64,000 bases of DNA from an uncultured Acidimicrobiaceae bacterium. GTDB lineage: Bacteria; Actinomycetota; Acidimicrobiia; Acidimicrobiales; RAAP-2. A program made the position numbers and the translations under genes. Location of the stretch: the NCBI GenBank assembly GCA_963824355.1, contig CAWGOY010000004.1, positions 7,305 through 71,304 on the forward strand. The letters run 5' to 3'. Shown here one piece after another: positions 47,570 to 56,094 of the stretch. Every line of letters begins with the position of its first letter. Within the stretch, counting starts at the first letter, position 1. Below the pieces are notes generated by a model, which was not told where the DNA came from, made no database searches, and saw only the letters and a program-made list of their open reading frames with translations.

Positions 47570-47770
47570 TCAGCCAAGATTGATCGAGTTGGCCTTGGCT
47601 GTCACCTTGGCCACGATGATGGCGCCAACGGCGATAGCCAATGCGGCAAAGATCGCCGTCAAGATCACTTTCTCGACGACGGTCCCGTCGTCGCTCCATC
47701 CTCCGGAGACTCCGGTCCGAGCCCGGAGATAGGCCCAAAGGACGACGATCTGGTTTGGCATCATGGTCAT
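47570..47770 (-). CDS. Flp/DUF4244-like small pilin
   Basis: 66 aa: leader MTMMPNQIVVLWAYLRARTGVSGGWSDDG, then TVVEKVILTAIFAALAIAVGAIIVAKV. It sits directly downstream of tadC in the operon. AAGGGA RBS; the start may be the 2nd or 3rd ATG. Confidence 0.65.
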   Translation of the reverse strand: MTMMPNQIVVLWAYLRARTGVSGGWSDDGTVVEKVILTAIFAALAIAVGAIIVAKVTAKANSINLG

Positions 47771-47908
47771 TCCCTTCTGTTGGTTCGATTGGTTCGGTCC
47801 TGCTGGGTGGTTCTGCAGATCGGCTTTCAGTCGGCGGAGCGCCAGAGGGCAGTCTCGATAAAGGCGAATCAGCGACCGTCGCGGCCAGGCGCGGATGGGC
47901 TCGGGACA

Positions 47909-48811
47909 TCAGAACCCTCCGACGATTCGACTGAAGGCGGGGTAGCCCACAAACAGGAGGAAGCCGATGAGCAGGAGGGCACCCGGCAGGAAGAGCCGCT
48001 CGGTCATGGCGTTGGCGGAGGACTCGGCGGCCGCCTGCTCGTGGCGACGCATGGCCTCGGCCCGGGCCGTCAAGGACTGTCGTATCCGGGCACCCTCGGT
48101 ACCGGCCAGTTGGAGTGTCGCCGACAGTTCACCCAATTCATCGACGCCGATCTCCTGACCGAGCCGGCCCAGGGCATCCCAAGGAGATTGACCGCTCTGC
48201 CGGGCCCCCGACAACACCCTTGCCATTCGCCGGGCCGCCCAATCCTCGCTGACCTGGGAAGCGGTCAGTAGCGCCCCCTCGACGCCCACTCCACCGGCCA
48301 GGCTCAAGACCACCAGATCGACAAAGGAACTCAGAACCACGCGGAAGTGATGCCGACGCTCCTTCGCTTGCTGGGTGACCCTCATGACGGGCAGCGCGGC
48401 ACCGAAAGGGGCGGTGACCAAGGCAGCCAGCACGGTCGCTTGGACAGGGAGAGCCACACCCGCCAGATACAGCAGAGCCCACGACAATGGCGGACCAAGG
48501 AGACCGATTCCCGCTCCGACAAGGATTTTGGTGGTCAGGGCCTCGGGTGACTGACCAACGATCCGGAGGGTCGCGACGAAGGCAATCCAACGCGGGTGCA
48601 TCGCCACTGCACTGCGATCGAGCGGACCGGTCACGGCGCGGCCCAAACGCGCCGAGAGGGAAGCTTCTTCGGCAGTTGGAGCCGTCCGGCCAGCCGGCTC
48701 AGTCAACGTCGCGGCCAGAGCTTCGAGCGGGAGGGGGGCCTGGTGGAGACCGGAGACCAGGCCTATGCACCCCAGCCCACAGATGACCCCGACGAGGATG
48801 GCGGCCGTCAC
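47909..48811 (-). CDS. tadC: Tad secretion platform protein TadC (T2SSF-like)
   Basis: 300 aa, polytopic, with the T2SSF-type cytoplasmic domain (LSSFVDLVVLSLAGGVGVEGAL...ELSATLQLAGTEGARIRQSL). The start overlaps the tadB stop. Confidence 0.8.
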   Translation of the reverse strand: MTAAILVGVICGLGCIGLVSGLHQAPLPLEALAATLTEPAGRTAPTAEEASLSARLGRAVTGPLDRSAVAMHPRWIAFVATLRIVGQSPEALTTKILVGAGIGLLGPPLSWALLYLAGVALPVQATVLAALVTAPFGAALPVMRVTQQAKERRHHFRVVLSSFVDLVVLSLAGGVGVEGALLTASQVSEDWAARRMARVLSGARQSGQSPWDALGRLGQEIGVDELGELSATLQLAGTEGARIRQSLTARAEAMRRHEQAAAESSANAMTERLFLPGALLLIGFLLFVGYPAFSRIVGGF

Positions 48812-49671
48812 CGCTCGACTCCATCGCCGAGTAGTCGCACGGGAGTCGGGGGGCGTGACAGTGAAACCAACAGGGTCAGTCCGACCGCGTACAGCACGCC
48901 CACCAGGGACAGGACTACCTGCCCCTCGGCGGAACCGAACGGGGCCAAGTAGTTGCGGCCGATCAGAACCAGACCCACGGCAAAGGCCACCGAAAAGGCC
49001 AGGACAGTTCGAACTCCACTCCGGACCGAGGCTCGGCTCGTCTCGATGCGGAGGCGGAGGGCGACATCCTCCCGTGTCGATTCGGCCAGCGCCACCAACA
49101 GGTCGCCGACACGCTGCGCCCTACTGGTCACGGCCAACTGCAAGGCGCAGACCACTCGGTCGGCCGAAGGATCGGCCAACTCATCAGCGAACTGAGCCAG
49201 CGCCTCACGTGGGTGCATCCCGGCACTGAGTCTCGAGGACAACCTGAGAGCTGCAGGTCTGACCGGGCGCGGGCTCAGCGGCGCCGTGGCCATGATCGCC
49301 TGCCCCAGTCCGGCGGATGCGGCCAGCGTCCCCTGGAGCATCTCCGTCCAACTGGCGATGGCCTCGATCTTGGCGATGGACACGGAGCCCGATGTCCTCC
49401 CGAACAAGCCAGGAAGTCCGAACACGGCCAGACCGGCGATCGGAACGGCCACCGGCCAGCCGGTCGCCCACCCGGCCACCAGCCCACAGACCGTTGCCCC
49501 GACCAGGAGGCACCCATGGCTCGCCAGCAGACCACCGGGAGGCGCTGAGCGTTGGTCGGCATCGATACCCTTCGGACCAACCCGGGTTCGGTGCCGGGTC
49601 AGGGAGGCGCCCAGCCCGACCAGACCCAGCCCGGCACCCAGACCGCAGCCGACGATCAGAGGCGCGTTCAT
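48808..49671 (-). CDS. tadB: Tad secretion platform protein TadB (T2SSF-like)
   Basis: From ATG 49671 (ATGA overlap with tadA) it reads MNAPLIVGCGLGAGLGL...IASWTEMLQGTLAASAGLGQAI...ALQLAVTSRAQRVGDLL. Confidence 0.8.
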   Translation of the reverse strand: MNAPLIVGCGLGAGLGLVGLGASLTRHRTRVGPKGIDADQRSAPPGGLLASHGCLLVGATVCGLVAGWATGWPVAVPIAGLAVFGLPGLFGRTSGSVSIAKIEAIASWTEMLQGTLAASAGLGQAIMATAPLSPRPVRPAALRLSSRLSAGMHPREALAQFADELADPSADRVVCALQLAVTSRAQRVGDLLVALAESTREDVALRLRIETSRASVRSGVRTVLAFSVAFAVGLVLIGRNYLAPFGSAEGQVVLSLVGVLYAVGLTLLVSLSRPPTPVRLLGDGVER

Positions 49672-51104
49672 GCCGATACCCCCATGCCGTCGAGTCCACT
49701 CGGTCGGTACCCCGACCGAGTGAGTTCCCACAGCGTCTCCGGACGGAGAGGTGATGCCGCAACCGCCCGGCGGTCCTCACCAGGACGGTAGATCTCGTTG
49801 GAGATGACCTGCACGCCCTCGGCATCGATGACTTCACGGATCGAGGACACGAAATCGAGCTGCGAGTCGCGGTCGGCGGAAACTCGACGCGGCCTCGTCC
49901 TGATGGGTTCCGTCGTCGCCAAACGCTACCAGCGGGTAGCCATCGCCCTCGTGAAGATCGCTGTCGAGATGCACTACCAGATGCACCGCCCCAGCAATCA
50001 ACAGGTTGCTCGCCTCGATCGGAAGTCGTTCGGTGGCCTGCACGGCGTACGAAGCGATCCTGCGGAACACGCCGGCGGAGGAATCGGCGTGGATAGTGCA
50101 CATGGACCCCGACCGACCCTGGCTCATGGCGTTGAGCATGGGCAGCACCTCGTCGCCCAACACCTCGCCGACGATCACCCGGTCGGCATTCATCCGCAGC
50201 GCGCGCCGAACAAGGTCAGCTACGGTGATCAGGCCCGCACCTTCGACATTGGCGGGACGGGCCTCCAGCGCCACCATGTCGGGATGTCGGGCCATCGCCG
50301 AGTCGAGGCCGAGTTCGAAGGCCTGTTCGATGGTGACGATACGCTCACGTGCGGGGATCTCGGCGGCCAGGGCCCTCAGCAGAGTGGTCTTTCCCGAGTT
50401 CATTGCTCCCGAGACCACAATGTTCTTCCGGGCCCGCACCGCGGCGCGGAGAAATCCAGGCCAACTCCTCGCTGACCGTGCCCAGCCCGACCAGGTCATC
50501 GAGTGACAGGTCGGCATACCGGTGGCGGCGGATGGAAATCGCCGGCCGAGAGGTCACCGCCATCAGTGCCGAGAGCCGGCTCCCGTCGGGCAGCCGCAAG
50601 TCCAGCTCAGGGCGGGCCAGATCGAACCGGCGTTCCGAGAGGCCGAAACGACCGGCAGCTGCTCGGACCAGATCGATCAGCTCGTCATCAGAATCGGCTA
50701 CCGGCGGCATCAACTGCTTGCAGCCGTCGGCAAAGGTCGCCCAGACCCGATCGCACCCATTGATGTCGATGTTCTCGATTTCGGGAGTCGTCGATGAGGG
50801 TCTGTAGCCCACCCATGCCGAACAGGCCGTCGAGGACTGCCTGAGCCAGCCGTTGCTCGTCCCAAGCCTCTTCGGACGGTCCGGCCAGCCGATCCCCCCC
50901 GGGCAGCTCTTCGGATCCGGCAGCCCCGATAGCGGACTGCACGGGCCCCACTGCTCCGGTGCCACCGGTCAGGCCGTCGAGATGGAGGAAGATCTGTTGG
51001 CGGGCGTACTCCCGGCGGTCGTTGCCGACCAGGCCCGATCCCTCGGGACCGGCCAGATCCTCGGCCACCAGGGCCCGCAGGGATGAGACCAACCGACGGC
51101 TCAC
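49668..51104 (-). CDS. tadA: Tad/Flp pilus ATPase TadA/CpaF, about 4 frame breaks
   Basis: The sequence is read across three frames. It includes IENIDINGCDRVWATFADG, Walker A NIVVSGAMNSGKTTLLRAL, Walker B ADRVIVGEVLGDEVLPMLNAMSQGRSGSMCTIHA, and the C-end REVIDAEG...YRPG. Confidence 0.88.
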
Positions 51105-52135
51105 GACGCGACCTGGCGGCCGGGTATCCCAGCCCGCCTCTCCACAGTTGGGATCGGCGTCGACCCCGAGGTCCGTTCGATCGGTGAGTCCTTCTCGACC
51201 GGAATCTCCAGCTGCCCTCGGCGGAGATGCCGCCGGAGGCGATCGAGATGATGCCTGGCCGCAGCGACTGACTGCCGGTCGGTCGAGAGTGGCTCGGGTG
51301 CGGTCATTCCGGGGGGTCTGGCAGGTCCGGCGAGTTCAGCGGGTTCGGCGGGTTCGGCCGGTCCGGCGGGTTCGGCCGGTTCGGCCGGTTCGGCACGTCC
51401 AGCGAGCCGTTGGGCCAGAGCGGAGGCCGAGCCGACCAGGGGCGAGCGAGCAAGCCGTCGACCGCTCCCCCGTTCTCCGGAGGCCACCCGGGCGGCAGCC
51501 GGGTCCGAAGGTACCTCGCCCAGGACAGGTAGGCCGGTAAATGAGGCGATCTCCGCTGCCGCGTGCTCGCCACCCGCCACGACGGCCAGGCCGACTCGTT
51601 CCCCCCACTGCTCCCGCCAACCCGATGCCCGCTGGCGGACCGCCCATGCCGAAGCAGGGTCACTCCTGAGCACGACCACCAGCCACTGGGCGTGGCGCGA
51701 CCAGGCGGCGCTCGATCGTTCTGCGGGGAGAAGACGACCGAGGTCGACGATCAGGTCCCACGATCTCCCATTTTCGACGTCCGGATCGGTTGATCCGCTC
51801 ACTCCATCGGTTCCCGTCCCGTCCACCAACCAGTCGACGCCCGCCTCCGGCAGATCGTCGCCGGCCCGTGGACCTACCAGGACGTCGAGTCCACCCGGTA
51901 GTTGCTGCAGGTGCGGCGTAACCGCCACCCCGGGACCGACACGGCGGGCTCCCGTCACGAAACTCGACCACCCGATTCGGGTCGATAGCTGGAACCGGGG
52001 TGCGAGGTCCCCTCCGCTCGGATCGCACTCGACCACGATCGCCGGCCTCGGACCGGGCCACGTCGCCCCGAGAAGACAGGCCAACGTGGTGGCGCCGGGT
52101 GCACCCTTGACCGAGGCAAGCGCTACGACCGTCAT
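51101..52135 (-). CDS. TadZ/CpaE-like ParA-fold protein with degenerate P-loop
   Basis: It begins MTVVALASVKGAPGATTLACLLG, where MinD/ParA proteins have KGGxGK[ST]T. It continues VVECDPSGGDL and ends in an (AEP)n-rich tail. The start overlaps the cpaB stop and the stop overlaps the tadA start. Confidence 0.7.
   Translation of the reverse strand: MTVVALASVKGAPGATTLACLLGATWPGPRPAIVVECDPSGGDLAPRFQLSTRIGWSSFVTGARRVGPGVAVTPHLQQLPGGLDVLVGPRAGDDLPEAGVDWLVDGTGTDGVSGSTDPDVENGRSWDLIVDLGRLLPAERSSAAWSRHAQWLVVVLRSDPASAWAVRQRASGWREQWGERVGLAVVAGGEHAAAEIASFTGLPVLGEVPSDPAAARVASGERGSGRRLARSPLVGSASALAQRLAGRAEPAEPAEPAGPAEPAEPAELAGPARPPGMTAPEPLSTDRQSVAAARHHLDRLRRHLRRGQLEIPVEKDSPIERTSGSTPIPTVERRAGIPGRQVAS
51341..51394. 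repeat. 9-bp tandem repeat x6 ([g/c]ggt[t/c]cggc)
   Basis: Direct reading. It is in frame and encodes AEPAEPAEPAGPAEPAEPAE in the TadZ-like protein. Confidence 0.9.
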
Positions 52136-52917
52136 GACGAAGTGCCGTTCAGCCCGGGCAGGAGGACCAGACTCACCTGATCGGCAGCTGCTGCGGTGGC
52201 CACCGGCGCGGCCAGGGTGGAGGACACCACCACCGACACCAGATCGGTGTCGGCGGTGTCGGAGATAGGTGGGGCCTCGACGTCGTACACGGTGGCCTGA
52301 GCCACGAGCACTCCGGTGGAGGCGACGCCGATGTCCGTGCTACTCTCCGCGCCGCTGCTCGTGTCGCTGTCCGCGCCGCTGACCGTGTCGCTGTCCGTGT
52401 CCGATGCCGGCACGGGTGTTCCCGGACTGTCAGTCTGCACGACCATCACCTGGTCGCCTGCTACCAGGCCGACGGATGGAAGCTGGCCCGGCTTGAGCGC
52501 AATCCCAACCACGGCGTCGCCCGGCGGTACCGGGGACGATCCGCTGACGTCACCGGCGGTGAGCAGGGATCCGGCAGGGATGGTCACCGCCGCCCTCTTA
52601 CCGGCCAGTTGGGATGCGGCCGACACCGGAATGGTCGAGAGCCCGGCCGGGACCGAGACGGATGCCTGGCCCAGATCGCCCCCGGTCATGGGTTGCCCGG
52701 CTTCGATTGTCCGGGTGACGACGAGCACGGCAGTCTTGTGCCCGGCGGACGCATAGAGACCGGCGAACATGGCGACGCTACCGAAAACAGCGACGAGGGA
52801 CACCAAGGCCAACAAGGTACGACGTGAGCGTGGCGGGCCGGGAAGCCGATGGGCGCCGACAGGCGGTTGATGGGAATCGGACGGCGCCGGAGACAGACGC
52901 TCGAGAAGAGAGGTCAT
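52132..52917 (-). CDS. cpaB: CpaB/RcpC-like Flp pilus assembly protein (SAF domain)
   Basis: From ATG 52917: TM anchor LLALVSLVAVFGSVAMFAGLY, SAF-like VLVVTRTIEAGQPMTGGDLG, then IPAGSLLTAGDV and an acidic Ser/Asp/Thr-rich insert. Confidence 0.7.
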   Translation of the reverse strand: MTSLLERLSPAPSDSHQPPVGAHRLPGPPRSRRTLLALVSLVAVFGSVAMFAGLYASAGHKTAVLVVTRTIEAGQPMTGGDLGQASVSVPAGLSTIPVSAASQLAGKRAAVTIPAGSLLTAGDVSGSSPVPPGDAVVGIALKPGQLPSVGLVAGDQVMVVQTDSPGTPVPASDTDSDTVSGADSDTSSGAESSTDIGVASTGVLVAQATVYDVEAPPISDTADTDLVSVVVSSTLAAPVATAAAADQVSLVLLPGLNGTSS

Positions 52918-53909
52918 CGGCCTTCGTTGGCGATCAAGCCGCCGGTCAATACCTGAGCCAGTAGATCCGAGTTCACGCTCTCCACCTGTTCGACCCGAAG
53001 AGCAGCTGCGCTCGTAGTGGTCAATGACGGGAGGCTGCCGCCACCGGGAGCTCCCGAGGCCGTCCAGGACACTGACCAGTGCACGGTGGCACGGACGGTG
53101 AATGCGGCATGATCGGGATTTCCGTCCGGTGTGAGCTGCCCGACCGAGGACTCCGAGTAGCGATAGGAGCACCCGGTTGCCTGATCCGTCGAAGGCTCAT
53201 CCACGTCGAAGGCCACACCCGGACCCAGGCAGGTGACCGCGCCACCATCACCCATGGTCCACACCACCGATACCGGGGTTGCCACTGCGGTGGCCTGAAC
53301 CGATCCAACCGCTGCGGTCACCGAGTGCGGATACCAGATGGTCGGGTCCACCCATAGCCAGGTGGCCAGGTTCACGACCGATGTGCCGGCCGGATCGAAC
53401 CGGAGTGACGGTCCCGGAAGCCGCAACGAGTTCTCGGCCTGCAGTGCCACTGCGCGTGGGTTGATCGTCGGCTCGGACGGAACGCTCTGATCGGTGATCC
53501 ATTCGGTAGCGGTCGTGCTGGCCCCGGTGATTCCATTGGTGCAGGTGATCGAGTACCAACCTCCGGGCGTCGGACCTCCGGGAGCGATCCCCGGGCCGTC
53601 ATTGAGCGTTAGGGCAAGCGAGGTACAGGTCCATGCACCCACGCTCCCTCCCCCTGGGACCCCCCCTGTTCCCGGGGAGGAGCCGGGTGTTCCGGCCGAG
53701 GAGCCTCCGTCGGTTGCCCCCACGGTTACTGACCCATCGGGTCCGTCGGAGCCCGAGACGGAGCCGAACGCGACAGCCGGGAACAGGAGAGTGCTCACTG
53801 ACACGGCCATCACCAACACAGCCAAGCCGATAACCAGAACACTGGCCTCACTGCCGATGAGGCGCCGGGGCCGGATGTCGGTACCCCCGCATCGGGCTAC
53901 GGGTGACAC
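52914..53909 (-). CDS. Hypothetical membrane-anchored/secreted Gly-Pro-rich protein with Cys-containing beta-rich domain
   Basis: 331-aa ORF: N-terminal hydrophobic anchor VLVIGLAVLVMAVSVSTLLFPAVAFG, G/S/P-rich linker, then NLATWLWVDPTIW...VVWTMGDGGAVTC...TGCSYRYSESS...HWSVSW. Its stop overlaps the cpaB start. Family not recognised. Confidence 0.6.
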   Translation of the reverse strand: MSPVARCGGTDIRPRRLIGSEASVLVIGLAVLVMAVSVSTLLFPAVAFGSVSGSDGPDGSVTVGATDGGSSAGTPGSSPGTGGVPGGGSVGAWTCTSLALTLNDGPGIAPGGPTPGGWYSITCTNGITGASTTATEWITDQSVPSEPTINPRAVALQAENSLRLPGPSLRFDPAGTSVVNLATWLWVDPTIWYPHSVTAAVGSVQATAVATPVSVVWTMGDGGAVTCLGPGVAFDVDEPSTDQATGCSYRYSESSVGQLTPDGNPDHAAFTVRATVHWSVSWTASGAPGGGSLPSLTTTSAAALRVEQVESVNSDLLAQVLTGGLIANEGR

Positions 53910-54487
53910 TGGTTCGCTTCCACCGACTGATCGGCCAGCTTCCAGCCGGTGGCGGTCAGTTGCATGGTCGAGACGAAGTGGTCATCGTCGACTTGACCGG
54001 GTTCGCCTGGCACCGGAATACCCGTGGCCACCTGCACCACGATCTCGGCGTCGTGGGCACAGGCTTCAACCGTGGCCAACCCACCCCTATTGCTCAGCAC
54101 CCGCGGATGACCGAATCGGTTCAGACCGACCGCCACCTGGCCACCCTGCCGCATCTGGGTGAGCACCTCCTGTGACCAGGTCAGCTGGGGGTCGATCGTG
54201 GTGGCAGCCAGCTCTGGCTGATCGGGGTCGGCTGACCGGGCCGCATCATCGAAGGCCTGTTCGGCAGCGATCCAGGCCGACACGATCGTGCTCGAAGCCA
54301 TCCCGCTAACCGAGGTTGCCGAGCTACTGGTGGAACTTCCTCCGCTCATCGGAACCCTCAGGAGTGGATCGCTGGCGCTGGCGCTCGCACAGGCGGCCAG
54401 GGCAACCGAGCAGACCGTGAGGATCGCAGCGGCGGGACAGCATCCGGACCGGCTTCCGACCACTCGACGAACACTCGGACTCTCCAT
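53897..54487 (-). CDS. Hypothetical lipoprotein
   Basis: From ATG 54487 it reads MESPSVRRVVGSRSGCCPAAAILTVCSVALAACASA (lipobox LAAC). It is the first gene of the co-directional tad-associated gene string and overlaps the next ORF by 13 nt. Confidence 0.55.
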   Translation of the reverse strand: MESPSVRRVVGSRSGCCPAAAILTVCSVALAACASASASDPLLRVPMSGGSSTSSSATSVSGMASSTIVSAWIAAEQAFDDAARSADPDQPELAATTIDPQLTWSQEVLTQMRQGGQVAVGLNRFGHPRVLSNRGGLATVEACAHDAEIVVQVATGIPVPGEPGQVDDDHFVSTMQLTATGWKLADQSVEANQCHP

Positions 54488-54531
54488 AGCCAGCGGACGA
54501 TAGGGACTGGTGGCACGGGCTGCACGGTTGA

Positions 54532-54548
54532 TTGCACACTGTGTGCAA
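54532..54548. promoter_or_regulatory. Perfect 17-bp palindrome TTGCACAC-T-GTGTGCAA
   Basis: 8-bp arms, 45-61 nt upstream of the lipoprotein start (54487), at the head of the tad-associated operon. Confidence 0.4.
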
Positions 54549-55010
54549 ATACCTTCGCGGCAACCACACCGAAACCTGGTCTGGGTGAGGACGACGCGGT
54601 GACCCCGCCGCAAGGGGGTCCAAAAGGGACGGGTCGGAGACGCATGGGCTCGGACCGAACGGGGACCAGACACCGGATGAGTTTCTCGCCGCGACTTTGC
54701 CCGTGGCCTTGGCGCGAACCTTGCAAGCCACGGTCAATGACCCGGCTGTCGTATCCGATCCGCCCGGATCAACGATCGTTTCGAGTCCAGTGGTCCATGG
54801 ATTCTCCAGCCCAAGGCCGGCTGACCGTCGGCGATACCGATCGGATCGCCGGTGCCCTAGTCGCCACCCAGCGCACCCGAACTCCCCGGGGTCCATGTTC
54901 GGCGGTCGCCGTAGGCTTCCGGCGACCCAGTTCCATGCAGCATCGGGTCCTCTGAGACTGGTTGCGACGACCGGTCACCGGCCGGCTACAACCGCCGGTG
55001 ACGATGGTCC

Positions 55011-55844
55011 TTAGGTGGGGCAGCCATCGCTCGGGGCCGGCGGGAACAGCCCAGGTCGCGCCCCCTTTCCAGGCAATGCTGCGACGGCGAGGGTGGTCGC
55101 GTTGAAGGGAGCGCTGTAGGAGATCGAGGGGAGGCATCCGCCCTGATGGAGACCCCCGATGACTCCAACCACGGTCGTCTCGCCTCGGATCTGCTCCAAC
55201 CAGGGGGCCCCGCTGGTGCCGCCCACATAGGGATTACAGGTGAACGCCGGGTAGATGCCCTGATAGCGGACGCGAGCGGTGCAGGTCAGCGGGTGGACGC
55301 TTCCGATCGGGTACGCCGGTACGGTCACGGTTGCCCCGGCGGTTGGAGCTGTCGCCAGTCGATTGGCGCCGGTGACGTCCTGCAGGCTCTCCTCGTGACC
55401 TTGGAGCATCCGGGGGGCCACCTTCACGATGGCATAGTCGCTGGACGCCATGGTGGAATGCACCCAGGCCGAGGCACCGTAGAACCCGACGACGCTCCAC
55501 AAGCCATAGCGTTCGACGCCATTGTCGTAACCGGGCGCGAACCGCCAGCCGAAGCCCGACCCAACAACGCAGTGAGCGGCGGTGATTACCAGGTCTCCTT
55601 CCCGGCTGGCGATCACGCTCGCTGTGCAGGTGTACGTGGAGCTGCCAGGGGGAAACAGCACACCGACTGTGCGCAGTCCCGAGAAGGTGTGCGCCTGCGG
55701 CACCGGAGCTGCTCCCCTTGCAGCCTTCGTGATTCTGACGGGCTGCGTACTTCCGCAAGCCGACAGGACGACGCCGCCAAGCACCACCATCGCCACCGCC
55801 CACGTGGTCCACTTCCTCCCACCGCAACTGACCACGCGAGCCAT
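55011..55844 (-). CDS. Secreted trypsin-like (S1 family) serine protease, probable lipoprotein
   Basis: From ATG 55844: signal/lipobox VVLGGVVLSACGS, His motif LVITAAHCVV, Ser motif GGTSGAPWL. Confidence 0.8.
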   Translation of the reverse strand: MARVVSCGGRKWTTWAVAMVVLGGVVLSACGSTQPVRITKAARGAAPVPQAHTFSGLRTVGVLFPPGSSTYTCTASVIASREGDLVITAAHCVVGSGFGWRFAPGYDNGVERYGLWSVVGFYGASAWVHSTMASSDYAIVKVAPRMLQGHEESLQDVTGANRLATAPTAGATVTVPAYPIGSVHPLTCTARVRYQGIYPAFTCNPYVGGTSGAPWLEQIRGETTVVGVIGGLHQGGCLPSISYSAPFNATTLAVAALPGKGARPGLFPPAPSDGCPT

Positions 55845-55935
55845 CTTGGCCGCCGCGGAAGCAGAATGCGAGGAGAAATCGAAACCCACGGAGCGACCGG
55901 TCTGAATTGGTTCTTCGCATGCCAGACCCGCTGAT

Positions 55936-55973
55936 CGATTCTGCCTAGGCTCCACGAACGTTGGGCAGAATCG
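55936..55973. promoter_or_regulatory. 10-bp perfect inverted repeat CGATTCTGCC-N18-GGCAGAATCG
   Basis: Direct reading. It lies in the divergent intergenic region between the S1 protease and the methyltransferase gene. Confidence 0.3.
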
Positions 55974-56094
55974 GGAAGGGGAACCAACCAGGAATCCCTC
56001 ACACCCGTTGGACGCACTGACGAGGTTGTGCTGACGGTCCGCCGAGGCCCACGGAGGGGCACACCGGAGGCTGGGCTCCGTTACATTTTCTATC

